Position numbers and translations under genes: made by a program
Shown here: positions 1-9,465 of the stretch, one piece after another
How positions within the stretch are numbered: the first letter of the stretch is position 1
Layout: every line of letters begins with the position of its first letter
The notes under the pieces: generated by a model
Told to the model about the DNA's origin: nothing
Databases searched by the model: none
The model's input: only the letters and a program-made list of their open reading frames with translations
Assembly (NCBI GenBank): GCA_033977065.1
Contig: JAXCHI010000004.1
Location: 384,001 to 448,000 of the forward strand
Source: Candidatus Algichlamydia australiensis
GTDB taxonomy: Bacteria > Chlamydiota > Chlamydiia > Chlamydiales > JAJFMI01
Direction: 5' to 3'
DNA length: 64,000 nucleotides

Positions 1-336
1 GAGTGTAAGAAAAAAATCGCCAGTTAAAACAGCTGTTGCTTCTGGAAACGCTCTATGTAGTGAGGGCATGCCGCGGCGAAAGTCGTCATCATCCATACAG
101 GGCAAATCGTCGTGAATAAGAGAGTAAGTGTGGACAAGTTCTAAGCTGCAACCTGGATCTAGTCCCGTCTCTAAATTCAGACCAAAATCTTCTAAAAGCG
201 CAAGTGTGCATAGAGGGCGAATGCGCTTACCGCCTGAAAAGAGCGCATACTCTGCCGCTCTCTTTAATTCACCACTGGCACCGGACTTTTCGATCCAGCT
301 TTTAAGGCGCTGATCAACTCTTTCGGATCTTTCCAT
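1..336 (-). CDS. ispA: Polyprenyl (farnesyl/geranylgeranyl) diphosphate synthase, N-terminal part, runs off the window start
   Basis: Manual translation from ATG at 336: MERSERVDQRLKSWIEK...LFSGGKRIRP...LELVHTYSLIHDDLPCMDDDDFRRG, containing GGKRIRP and the first DDxxxxD motif. Confidence 0.9.
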   Translation of the reverse strand, partial: MERSERVDQRLKSWIEKSGASGELKRAAEYALFSGGKRIRPLCTLALLEDFGLNLETGLDPGCSLELVHTYSLIHDDLPCMDDDDFRRGMPSLHRAFPEATAVLTGDFFLTL

Positions 337-1637
337 CTTCCTACCGAATAATAGGTAAAACCGCTCTCTTGCATTGCTTTGGGATCGTACTGGTTGCGAC
401 CGTCAAAAAACGCCTTACCCTTCATGTTTTTCTTCACTCTTTTTAAGTCGACAAAACGAAACTGGCGCCACTCTGTAATGAGCACAACTGCCTCAGCATT
501 TTGTGCTGCTGCATACTCATCTTCGCAAAAGGTGACACCGGATAGCAGCTTTTTTGCCCCCTCCATTGCTACAGGGTCAAAAACTTGCACAACAGCCCCA
601 GCTTTTTGCAGCGCCTCAATTAATACAAGAGATGGCGCCTCGCGCAGATCATCTGTATCGGGTTTAAATGCTAAGCCCCAAACGCCAATGACCTTTCCCT
701 TTAAAGCGCCAAAGTGGGCCTGCAATCGAGTGAAAAGAAGTTTTTTCTGCTCACAATTGACCTCTTCAACAGCCGCAAGCAGGGGAGTCTCTACTCCTTT
801 CATTCTAGCAGTCGCCTGCAGTGCGCGAATGTCTTTAGGAAAACAGGAGCCGCCATAGCCCGCACCTGCGTAAAGAAAACTATTGCCAATGCGCTTATCT
901 GAGCCAATGCCTTTGCGCACAGCACTAATATCAGCGCCAACTTTTTCACAAAGCCGCGCCATCTCATTCATAAAGGAAATTCTTGTCGCTAGCATTGCAT
1001 TAGCCGCATACTTTGTGAGCTCGGCAGAGGCAACATCCATTACCTGCAAGCGCTCATGATTCATCATAAAAGGGGAGTAGAGCTTGCGCATAAGTGCAAT
1101 TGCGCGCGCGCTTTCTGAGCCAATAATCACGCGATCAGGCTTCATGCAGTCTGCAACTGCGCTTCCCTCCTTTAAAAATTCAGGATTGGAAACAACGTCA
1201 ATTTGCGCCTCAGGATTTTCTTCTAAAATTGCCTCACGCACGGCCTGAGCCGTACCTACTGGTACCGTCGACTTATTGACAATGACGACATAACCACCTA
1301 AAAATTTGGCTAGCTGTTTGGCAGCCCGAAGCACAAACGCCACGTTTGCACCACCCATTTCATCAGATGGAGTAGGAAGAGAGAGAAAAATTGCCTCAGC
1401 GCCAGCAACGGCTTCTTGATAGTCTGTAGTAAAACTCAGTCGATTTGCTGCACTATTTCGCGCAACCATCTCTTCAAGTCCTGGCTCATAAATGGGAATC
1501 TCTCCCTGCTTCAGCAAAGAAATCTTTTCTTGATCGATATCAAGACAAGTCACCTCATGTCCCATCTCTGCAAAGCAGGTTCCTGTTACAAGGCCAACGT
1601 AGCCCGTTCCAATCACTGTGATTTTACTGCTGCTCAT
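264..1637 (-). CDS. ugd: UDP-glucose 6-dehydrogenase
   Basis: GTGYVG Rossmann motif, NPEFLKEG, GYGGSCFPKD catalytic Cys motif. Confidence 0.95.
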   Translation of the reverse strand: MSSSKITVIGTGYVGLVTGTCFAEMGHEVTCLDIDQEKISLLKQGEIPIYEPGLEEMVARNSAANRLSFTTDYQEAVAGAEAIFLSLPTPSDEMGGANVAFVLRAAKQLAKFLGGYVVIVNKSTVPVGTAQAVREAILEENPEAQIDVVSNPEFLKEGSAVADCMKPDRVIIGSESARAIALMRKLYSPFMMNHERLQVMDVASAELTKYAANAMLATRISFMNEMARLCEKVGADISAVRKGIGSDKRIGNSFLYAGAGYGGSCFPKDIRALQATARMKGVETPLLAAVEEVNCEQKKLLFTRLQAHFGALKGKVIGVWGLAFKPDTDDLREAPSLVLIEALQKAGAVVQVFDPVAMEGAKKLLSGVTFCEDEYAAAQNAEAVVLITEWRQFRFVDLKRVKKNMKGKAFFDGRNQYDPKAMQESGFTYYSVGRWKDPKELISALKAGSKSPVPVVN

Positions 1638-1722
1638 AAGATAAAAAGTATAATGAATTTATGAATTAGAGTCATTCTCTGAATTTCTGGATTTGAGGAG
1701 CTGATTTCTTTTTAGAAGAAAT

Positions 1723-2382
1723 TCAGAAGTTTAGAGAAGGACTCTTAGGTGCGAGTCGTATGGTGCGGTCGCACTTGAGGGCAAGCTGCTCGTCATGAGT
1801 CGCGACAATTAAAGATTTTTGCATCTCACGACAGAGAGTTAAAAGGAGATCTTGCACTTGAGATGAGGTGTGTGAATCGAGATTTCCAGTGGGTTCATCG
1901 GCAAGAATAATTTGAGGATCATTCATAAGAGCGCGGGCAATGGCAACGCGCTGTTTTTCTCCGCCAGAGAGGACTTTTGCAAGGAAGTTTGCACGCTCTT
2001 CTAAACCCACTTTTTCTAAAAGCATGAGGGCGCGTTTCTCATCAGGTTCACCAGCAATTCGGCCAGGTAGGAGCACATTTTGCAGCGCAGTAAATTCTTC
2101 AAGCAGATGAAAACGTTGGAAGATAAAGCCGATGAGGTGGTTGCGCTTTTTTGAGAGGTCACCTTTGAGAGCGTTTTTTCCTAAAATTTCCAAGTAACCT
2201 GATGTCGGTTTTTCTAAAGTTCCCAATATAGAGAGAAGTGTGCTCTTTCCTACCCCTGAAGGTCCCATGATTGCAATAGTTTCTCCACGCTCAAGAGAGA
2301 GAGAGAGGCGTGAGAGAACCTCGAGTTTTCCTGAAGGGCCTTTATAGATCTTTTTTAGATCTCTAGCTTGAAGTAGGCTCAT
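1723..2382 (-). CDS. lolD: Lipoprotein-releasing ABC transporter ATP-binding protein
   Basis: Walker A GPSGVGKS, LSGGEKQRVAIARA, DEPTGNLD; follows a LolC/E-type permease. Confidence 0.85.
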   Translation of the reverse strand: MSLLQARDLKKIYKGPSGKLEVLSRLSLSLERGETIAIMGPSGVGKSTLLSILGTLEKPTSGYLEILGKNALKGDLSKKRNHLIGFIFQRFHLLEEFTALQNVLLPGRIAGEPDEKRALMLLEKVGLEERANFLAKVLSGGEKQRVAIARALMNDPQIILADEPTGNLDSHTSSQVQDLLLTLCREMQKSLIVATHDEQLALKCDRTIRLAPKSPSLNF

Positions 2383-4409
2383 TTGAGTACCTCAGCTGGT
2401 TGCAATCGGCACGCTTTGAGTGCGGGGACAAGTCCTGCAACTAAAGAGATAATTGGAGTAGAGATGAGCATAAAGAGCAGAGCACTTTTTGAGAGCTCAT
2501 TTGGGAGTGAGGTTCCGTAAAAGGCGCTATTAAAGGCATCATGTCCTTGAAAGAAGCTCAGTATTTGGGCCACGTGATCGATATTGTGAAGAGTCAAAAG
2601 AGCAAGGGCTGTTCCTGCAACGCTGCCGATCAAACCAAGGATCACTCCAGAACCTGCGAAGATGGTGGCAATATGCCCTTTTGTCGCGCCCATCGCTTGG
2701 AGTATGGCAATCTCTTCGCGTTTGTCATTCACAAGAAGAGAGAGCAGAGAGATGATATTGGTGCAGGCGACAACCAAAATAATAATTCCAATGAGAGTAA
2801 AGAGGTATTTATCACTCTCAAATTGCTGCAAGAGATCTTTTGCAAAGTCGTACTGGCGAAAACTCTGTACTTGCCAGAAGGCGCTAAGCCCCTTTTCATC
2901 AAGACGTGTGCGAATGTTTTCTGCAAGTTCTTCTGCTTGGCTTAAGTCCTGTGTCCAGACTTGAATCCCTGTTGAAAGCGATCGGTCAAGAGTGTAGGAG
3001 TGGTTGGCGCTGCGCATTGCTGTTACAAGATCGCTGTCTGTGAAAATGCACTTATTGCCGATCGACATAATGCCGGGATCGTAAAATCCTGCAACAGAGA
3101 TAGGAATGCGCTGCTCTTGTACACCGCTTGTTGTCTGTGCGCCATAAGAGAGGTAGCCGAGGTCGCCCACCTGCACACCGCTCTCTTGATAGCTCTTTGC
3201 AATGACAACAGCAGTTGCCTCGGTAAACTCAGGTAAAAAACTTTTTCCTTCTACCTGGTAGGTCCAAGGTGGGGCTACTTTTGGCTCTGCGTCAAACTTC
3301 TGTTTAGCCTGCACTTTTTCTAATGAGAGGTTTTTGTAGGGAATGGAGCCGCTAAGATCTTTCCCCTGCAGAACTGTTTTGACCCGAAGTTTCAGATCGA
3401 CAATGTGCTTGGCATTCTCGTAAGAGATCTCTTTAACGGAGAAATGGAGGGGGTGTTCAGGATATAAAACAACTTTTTGGTGCAATTTTTTTCCATCTAA
3501 AAAGAGGGATTTCCCTCTGCGATGAACAAGAAATGTTCCCTCTTTTGCTAGAGTGATTCGTTTAACTCTGCCACCATGTGAGGAATAACTTGCATGGAAA
3601 GGCACCCCTTCAGGTAGGAGAGTGATCGGAAATTCCCAATCATCATGAGTTACCACTTCATCAATAGAGAGGTTGTCTAAAATTCGCTCAAGCTGATCTT
3701 GAAAAGAGTCGCGAGAGCTTTTCTTAGCAAGACCCGCCTCATCTTTAACGATTCCTTCACCTGAGATTGCCGCCATGTGAATAAGGTGATCTACTTCGGA
3801 GGCTTTTGGTGAAAGTAGCAGTTCGGGCAAACTGGGATTTTTTTCAGGAAACGAGCTGATGTAGGTCACCTGTGTTAAATAGTTTTGCTGCTCCTCGCCT
3901 GGCAGATCAAACTCAGGATGAATCATGCGCAGTTTCAAAAGGCCGCCTGTCATCTCAAAAGCGGAAGCTGCCACTTCACTTGAACAATCTCCAATCGCAG
4001 TAAAAGTCTCTTGAACAAGATCGACAACACTCCCATCTGCATTTTTCAAAGGTTCAGGCATGAAAGCGGGGAGTTGTGAGTCGACATCGGGATCGTAGGG
4101 GTCAGCGTTAGCTGCCAAGCACTTTTCGCGCAAAGATTTTGTTTGATACCCAGAGGCGTAAGAGAGCTGATCAATTAGGTGATAGTAGCTGTGATAGTAT
4201 TTGGGAGTAGGAGTAAGGCGAACCGGCGCGTTAAGCGAGGTAAGCTTTTTGAGCCAGCCGCGCTCCATTCCTTCCGTCACTGATAGGAAAACAAGAGTTA
4301 GCCAAACAACAAGAGAGATGACGCAGATCGACATCATTGCAATAAGGGATACCGAGAGCTGCTTGCGGCTAGGAACTAAATATTTTCTTATAAATGAAAA
4401 CGCAAACAA
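2379..4409 (-). CDS. LolC/LolE (FtsX-like) ABC permease with a large periplasmic domain
   Basis: N-terminal TM segment; C-terminal FtsX domain (KREEIAILQAMGA); lies between rpmG and lolD as in Chlamydiae. Confidence 0.85.
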   Translation of the reverse strand: MFAFSFIRKYLVPSRKQLSVSLIAMMSICVISLVVWLTLVFLSVTEGMERGWLKKLTSLNAPVRLTPTPKYYHSYYHLIDQLSYASGYQTKSLREKCLAANADPYDPDVDSQLPAFMPEPLKNADGSVVDLVQETFTAIGDCSSEVAASAFEMTGGLLKLRMIHPEFDLPGEEQQNYLTQVTYISSFPEKNPSLPELLLSPKASEVDHLIHMAAISGEGIVKDEAGLAKKSSRDSFQDQLERILDNLSIDEVVTHDDWEFPITLLPEGVPFHASYSSHGGRVKRITLAKEGTFLVHRRGKSLFLDGKKLHQKVVLYPEHPLHFSVKEISYENAKHIVDLKLRVKTVLQGKDLSGSIPYKNLSLEKVQAKQKFDAEPKVAPPWTYQVEGKSFLPEFTEATAVVIAKSYQESGVQVGDLGYLSYGAQTTSGVQEQRIPISVAGFYDPGIMSIGNKCIFTDSDLVTAMRSANHSYTLDRSLSTGIQVWTQDLSQAEELAENIRTRLDEKGLSAFWQVQSFRQYDFAKDLLQQFESDKYLFTLIGIIILVVACTNIISLLSLLVNDKREEIAILQAMGATKGHIATIFAGSGVILGLIGSVAGTALALLTLHNIDHVAQILSFFQGHDAFNSAFYGTSLPNELSKSALLFMLISTPIISLVAGLVPALKACRLQPAEVLK

Positions 4410-4410
4410 G

Positions 4411-4576
4411 TTACTTTGCTTCTTTAAATACGACGTGACGTTTTAGGCTTTTTGTCATACTTAGAGAGTTCAAGTCTGTCTGGTGTATTGCGCTTATTTT
4501 TACGGGTCCAGTAGACCTCTTTACTCTCAGTACTTTTTAATTTAATGATCTCGCGCGCGCCTTTTTTCTTGGCCAT
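4411..4576 (-). pseudogene. rpmG: 50S ribosomal protein L33 with an apparent +1 frameshift near the 3' end (real or sequencing error)
   Basis: [18 protein letters not shown]...[10 protein letters not shown]; removing one base at 4446/4447 gives the canonical [11 protein letters not shown] ending at 4411. Confidence 0.9.
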
Positions 4577-4623
4577 TGCAAATACCTCTATTTTGACGAG
4601 ATTATACCGAAAAAGACTCTTCT

Positions 4624-5631
4624 CTAACAAGTAAAAAGATCTTTTACACGAGGAGAAGCTGCAAGATGTAAAGGATTAATTTCAGGATTAAGATGATAAG
4701 CAAGGCCGGCGATCATTGCTGCATTGTCAAGGGAGAGTCCTTTTGGAGGAAAAAAAGCCTTTACGTTTTCTGGAATTAGGGAGCGAAGGTACTGGTTGTT
4801 GCTAACTCCTCCGCCAAAGTAGATGGCCTGGCAGTCGAATTTCTCTGCTGCGAGAAGAGATTTCTCAACTATATCTGAGAGCGCTGTATGCTGGAAACTG
4901 GCTGCCACATGTGGCTTTTCTCCATTTGCAAGAAGCGTGGGGGCTGATTTTTGACAATCCTTTCCTTTAATTGTGTAGAGTACATTTGTTTTCAAGCCGC
5001 TAAACGAAAAGTTCAAGGGATTTTTCTTCACAACACCGCGTTTAAAGGGATATTTTGTGCGATCGCCTCTTTTAGCAAGCTTTTCAATTTCTGGGCCTCC
5101 CGGATAAGAAAGATCCAGGAGCGCAGCAACTTTATCAAAAGCTTCGCCAACAGCATCATCAACGGTTTTTCCGAGCAGCTCATATTTGCCAATTGCATCC
5201 ATTTTGAGCATATGAGTGTGACCACCAGAAATCACAACACCAAGTGAAGGAAAGAGCTGAGGTGCGTCCATCATAGCAGCGTAAAGATGCGCTTCGACGT
5301 GGTTGACGCCAACAAGAGGTATATTCCAGGCAAAACTCAAACTTTTTGCGCAGGTAACTCCAGTGAGGATCGCCCCCATCAAGCCAGGATTTGAAGCGAC
5401 AGCAATGCGATCGAGATCTTTGGGTTTTACTTGAGCTTGATTCATCGCCTCTTCAATAATCGGAAGCATTACGTCAAAATGTTGGCGACAAGCGAGTTCC
5501 GGAAAAACTCCTTGATAGGGCCGGTGCGTTTCAATCTGCGAGCGCACAACATGGGAAAAAATTTCTTTACCATCTTTGACGACACTTGCGGCCGTTTCAT
5601 CACAGGTAGATTCAATGCCAAGGATTAACAT
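4624..5631 (-). CDS. tsaD: tRNA threonylcarbamoyladenosine biosynthesis protein TsaD
   Basis: [15 protein letters not shown] start, [30 protein letters not shown]. Confidence 0.95.
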   Translation of the reverse strand: MLILGIESTCDETAASVVKDGKEIFSHVVRSQIETHRPYQGVFPELACRQHFDVMLPIIEEAMNQAQVKPKDLDRIAVASNPGLMGAILTGVTCAKSLSFAWNIPLVGVNHVEAHLYAAMMDAPQLFPSLGVVISGGHTHMLKMDAIGKYELLGKTVDDAVGEAFDKVAALLDLSYPGGPEIEKLAKRGDRTKYPFKRGVVKKNPLNFSFSGLKTNVLYTIKGKDCQKSAPTLLANGEKPHVAASFQHTALSDIVEKSLLAAEKFDCQAIYFGGGVSNNQYLRSLIPENVKAFFPPKGLSLDNAAMIAGLAYHLNPEINPLHLAASPRVKDLFTC

Positions 5632-5700
5632 GCAATTGATTTTAGCAGATTTACAGAAATTTCGCAGCATTAGAATCTGTTACGGAGAGCTAGGAACTAG

Positions 5701-5861
5701 TACTCTGTAACAGAAATTTTTAGCATTATTTTTACGTCAAAGCCTCGGGATTGAACTATCGAAAATCACCTCGTATTTGATTAATACTAGGTGACTTGCG
5801 ATAGCCCAATCGCGAGAGCTTTCACGTTAAAAAGAATAGCAAAAATTTTTGTTACAGAGTA
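5701..5861. mobile_element. MITE-like palindromic element type A, copy 1 (161 bp)
   Basis: Ends TACTCTGTAACA...TGTTACAGAGTA, flanked by CTAG at 5697-5700 and 5862-5865; the whole element is an imperfect inverted repeat; near-identical copy at 6273-6433. Confidence 0.9.
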
Positions 5862-5865
5862 CTAG

Positions 5866-6268
5866 TACTCCGTAACAGAAAATCTTAGTGTTTAATTTAA
5901 AAAAAAACAGCCAATAGAGACAGTCGGGCAAATCCCCGCTGCCCTTTGAGCTTCACCTTGGCATGCCAAATTGCGTTTCGTCGGAAAACCGTGCAAAGCA
6001 CTACTTCTTCCTCCTGCACCGCAATTTTTCAAAGCCAATCTGAAGCCATCGAGCGCATCGCGCGTTCATTCCCCACCCTCCACTTTGTTTCGGGAGGGGC
6101 CCCTTTCACGTCGCTTGCGCGGCTGTTTTTTTTGTTTTGCAGAAAACTTTGCAAGGTCTAGACAGCTTTTTCAATCACATACAATCGCTTTACTTTTCAC
6201 GTTTGGGATCCATTTTTATGCGAAGGCTTTGACGTAAAAATAATGCTAAAAATTTCTGTTACAGAGTA
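5866..6268. mobile_element. MITE-like element type B, copy 1 (403 bp)
   Basis: Same TIR family, CTAG flanks (5862-5865, 6269-6272); near-identical inverted copy at 57626-58026. Confidence 0.92.
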
Positions 6269-6272
6269 CTAG

Positions 6273-6433
6273 TACTTCGTAACAGAAAATTTTAGTATTA
6301 TTTTTACGTCAAAGCCTCGGGATTGAACTATCGAAAATCACCTCGTATTTGATTAATACTAGGTGACTTGCGATAGCCCAATCGCGAGAGCTTTCACGTT
6401 AAAAAGAATAGCAAAATTTTCTGTTACAGAGTA
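6273..6433. mobile_element. MITE-like palindromic element type A, copy 2 (161 bp)
   Basis: Direct repeat of 5701-5861, differing only near the termini; CTAG flanks at 6269-6272 and 6434-6437. Confidence 0.9.
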
Positions 6434-6445
6434 CTAGGTTGAGGA

Positions 6446-7594
6446 TTATTTTAAAGGAGGGGCGGCAAAGTCAAATTCGTGGGTAATCTTGCACCCGTCC
6501 GGTAAATACTTTTTGATAAACTCCTCTTTTTGAATGCCGCAATAAGCAAAAAAACTTTTTGCAACATTAAAACGAGTAAGATTCGGTAGTTTTTTAAGTC
6601 CTTCTAGGTTTGGTATGAGGGTCGATTTAAGACTAAAGGACCAACAAATAAGATCAAGGCACTCTAAACTTTCTATATTGAAAACCCAATTCGGAAAAGT
6701 GCAATCTATCCCATTAGGTCTAGATGTCAGTATAAGGTTTTTAAGTCTTTTTGGTAATTTCGTTGGGGTAGTATTATCGATATAATTGTACTCACCAAGA
6801 TAAAGTGTTTCTATACCCTTAGGTAACGCGTCTAGACTAGCTTGTTTGAAGCGAGTTTCTTCATGCTTGTTATGAGGTTCTATACGGAGGTATTCTAGAT
6901 TGGGGAATGCTCGGCAGACATAATCGAAAGTTTTTTGTGTATAGCGATGTATGATGAGTGTTGAAATGTTTGGGAACTGATTTGTGGAAGTGCCTTCTAT
7001 ATGGAGTGTATCAACTAAGGTTACTCTTTTTAGTTTTTTAAAATCATTTAGAGTAGGTTCTATATATTTTTTTAGGTTAAAAGCAATAATTTCTAAATTA
7101 GGCATTGCATCTAAAACTTCTTTTAAATCAATAGGTGGAAGCTCTTCAGGTAAGGAATTTTCAGAGTAAGCGAAGCCTTCTATTTCTCTAAGATTGTAGG
7201 CAGAAAGGGGGGGGAAGGTCTGGATTTTTAAATTTTTAATCCTTAAACGGTTATCTCTTTTTGTATTTTTTAGGGCTCTCGCAAGTCGTTGAGCCTCACT
7301 AAGATTTTTCGGAATCTCGAGCCACTCTCTTACACGCTTATTGTCAGAGCTAGATATTGTGCTGTTCATTTTCTGTAATGCTGAATCGATTTTACGCTTG
7401 TGGAGTGTGGATCCAATTTTTTTGACAAGAAAAGCTGTTCCGCAAAGAGCAGCAATTAAAACTACTTTACCCCTTAGTGAGAGATTATTAAATTGTCGAA
7501 TTGGAGAAAAAAAGACCTCTGTAAATTTTTTTTTGCAGGAAGGGAGCGGAATAGAGGGAAGTGGGCCGCTTTTTATATTGATTTTTTCAATCAT
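6446..7594 (-). CDS. Leucine-rich repeat protein, putative effector
   Basis: Repeated LxxLxL motifs (MPNLEIIAF, FPNLEYLRI, LKNLIL, LECLDL, LPNLTRFNV); N-terminal hydrophobic segment; AT-rich. Confidence 0.7.
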   Translation of the reverse strand: MIEKINIKSGPLPSIPLPSCKKKFTEVFFSPIRQFNNLSLRGKVVLIAALCGTAFLVKKIGSTLHKRKIDSALQKMNSTISSSDNKRVREWLEIPKNLSEAQRLARALKNTKRDNRLRIKNLKIQTFPPLSAYNLREIEGFAYSENSLPEELPPIDLKEVLDAMPNLEIIAFNLKKYIEPTLNDFKKLKRVTLVDTLHIEGTSTNQFPNISTLIIHRYTQKTFDYVCRAFPNLEYLRIEPHNKHEETRFKQASLDALPKGIETLYLGEYNYIDNTTPTKLPKRLKNLILTSRPNGIDCTFPNWVFNIESLECLDLICWSFSLKSTLIPNLEGLKKLPNLTRFNVAKSFFAYCGIQKEEFIKKYLPDGCKITHEFDFAAPPLK

Positions 7595-7654
7595 GTTATA
7601 ACTCGCTTAAATTTGGATCTTAATTTTAGTAGAAAAATACAAAAAAAACAAGAG

Positions 7655-8359
7655 CTATTTTTCCAATAAACCTGCAGCGGCAAGGTCGAGGATCCAAAGA
7701 GCTCTGCTCTCAGGAGTACCGATGAGCTGAGAAGGAAAGTTGTGCTCAGGTTCTGTAAAGACTTTTTTTATCATCTCTTTTTTTGAGTCTCCGAGTACAT
7801 AGAAGACGATGTTGCGAGCTCTGTTAATGCAGGGAAAGGTGAGAGTCATGCGCATGGTCTCTTTTTGCGGCACGTGATTGGGAAGAACTAAGCGCTCTTT
7901 TTCATTTAGTGCAGCAGTATTTGGAAAAAGGGAGGCGGTGTGACCATCTTCCCCCATTCCAAGCATTACGAGGTCAAGTGGAGCTGCTTGCATAAGTTTT
8001 TCATAGGCACGCGCGTTTGCTTCAATCTCTTTTTCTGCGACCATACGGTGGATTTGATTTTCTGGGATTGGGAGTTTGCTAAATCCTGCGTCCATGGCCA
8101 TTTTGTAATTGCTGTCAGGATGATCGGGAGAGACGGTGCGTTCATCCCCCCAAAAAAGGTGAACTTCAGACCAATCAATTTTATCTGCAAATTCTGTAGA
8201 GAGTTTTTGATAGATCGCCTTCGGTGTGGAACCACCTGAAAGGGCTACGCGAAAGCTGCCCCTATTTTGAATCGCTTCAGTTGCAGTTTTCACCCAATGC
8301 TCTACAGCAAAAGCTAGAGTCTCTTCTTTATTTCCTGGGAGGGTAGTGGTTGCATTCAT
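7655..8359 (-). CDS. pgl: 6-phosphogluconolactonase
   Basis: ALSGGSTP, FWGDER, LGMGEDGHTASLFP; last gene of the zwf operon. Confidence 0.95.
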   Translation of the reverse strand: MNATTTLPGNKEETLAFAVEHWVKTATEAIQNRGSFRVALSGGSTPKAIYQKLSTEFADKIDWSEVHLFWGDERTVSPDHPDSNYKMAMDAGFSKLPIPENQIHRMVAEKEIEANARAYEKLMQAAPLDLVMLGMGEDGHTASLFPNTAALNEKERLVLPNHVPQKETMRMTLTFPCINRARNIVFYVLGDSKKEMIKKVFTEPEHNFPSQLIGTPESRALWILDLAAAGLLEK

Positions 8360-9465
8360 AAAAGATCTTGGGGGTTGAGATGCTGAATTGCTTTTAGCGT
8401 GCGGAGAAAATGTTCCGATGTGCCATTGTGGCAGATTTCGCGAACGAGTGAGAGACCAGAGGCTTCACGCTCCATCAGTGTGTGTGTGGGCATTTCGCAG
8501 AGAGTTTCTGTTGAACATTCGGACTGGACTTCGTGAGGTTTGAGGGGGTTACGAACAAGGGTACACTGCTCTTTATTGGCAGTGGTGACCTCTATATTGA
8601 TAATTCTTCCAGGCGGAAGCTCTTTAATGGTTGTGGGGTGGAGATAGATTTGGATCGGCCCTTGACCATTCTCGTATGTGAAAGCAGCTTTCTTATCCTC
8701 TTTTGCTACTTTGACAAATTTCCACTCTAATTGGTGTGCAAGCCATGCTTGAAGATAGACTCCTTGTGTCTTATTGTGAGAAAAGCAGTCTGTTTCATAG
8801 CAGTTGTAGTGGATATGGATGCTATTAGAGCGCTTGAGCATCTCAAGCTTTTCTTGTGTGTGGAAGGTAGCGGCAAGAAGGTTGCGCCACCCTTCTAGCC
8901 TTGCCCAGTTGAGATCTGCAACATCTGCATCAAATTCTTCATGGTGAGAGAGAAGAGTTTTAGCAAAAAAAGGAAGATTCTCTGAGGTTTCAGAATCAAA
9001 GATGATGCGGCTCGAGATGTGCTCCAATTCTAGGCAGATGGGATCTTCTTTAGTGGGGTCATCACCGCGTACAAGGTAGACGGGGAGATCGGGCAAGATG
9101 TGTGGGAGAATTAAAAAGGGAATGCGCTCTTTTCGGCTGCGTGAGACTTCAATACGAATCAAATCACAAACAATTGAGCACTCTCCTTCATTGGCTGTTA
9201 AAACGGAGACGGAAGTTTGGAGTTTTTCAGTTTGATCTTCAGGGTCAAATTCTACAAAGATGATGCGTGAGGGGAACTTCTCAATAACTTTTTTGGCAAC
9301 ATCTTTGATATACTCTTCGCGCCGATTTTTCTCGCTGACAATGATGAGATTGAAAAGGCAAGCGCGCATCTTATTTGTGCCCTGAAGAGAGTCCCAGATT
9401 CTGGTGAGCTCGTTCTCAATTTCGCTTGGCGCTACTACTTGTTCTGTACTCATATCATCCGCCAC
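8356..9465 (-). CDS. opcA: Glucose-6-phosphate dehydrogenase assembly protein OpcA
   Basis: RACLFNLII, LPDLPVYL, DLNWARLEGWR motifs; between zwf and pgl. Confidence 0.85.
   Translation of the reverse strand: MADDMSTEQVVAPSEIENELTRIWDSLQGTNKMRACLFNLIIVSEKNRREEYIKDVAKKVIEKFPSRIIFVEFDPEDQTEKLQTSVSVLTANEGECSIVCDLIRIEVSRSRKERIPFLILPHILPDLPVYLVRGDDPTKEDPICLELEHISSRIIFDSETSENLPFFAKTLLSHHEEFDADVADLNWARLEGWRNLLAATFHTQEKLEMLKRSNSIHIHYNCYETDCFSHNKTQGVYLQAWLAHQLEWKFVKVAKEDKKAAFTYENGQGPIQIYLHPTTIKELPPGRIINIEVTTANKEQCTLVRNPLKPHEVQSECSTETLCEMPTHTLMEREASGLSLVREICHNGTSEHFLRTLKAIQHLNPQDLL

Noticed and set aside
5946..6237. 71-aa and 88-aa ORFs (duplicated at 57657-57948) as a transposase or real genes
   Set aside because: They are identical only because they lie in the repeat; TTG starts, no catalytic motifs, and disrupted in the copy at 34853
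5697..6437. CRISPR array
   Set aside because: The intervening units are 161-403 bp, repeated and mobile elsewhere; the junction palindromes are abutting TIRs; no cas genes are present
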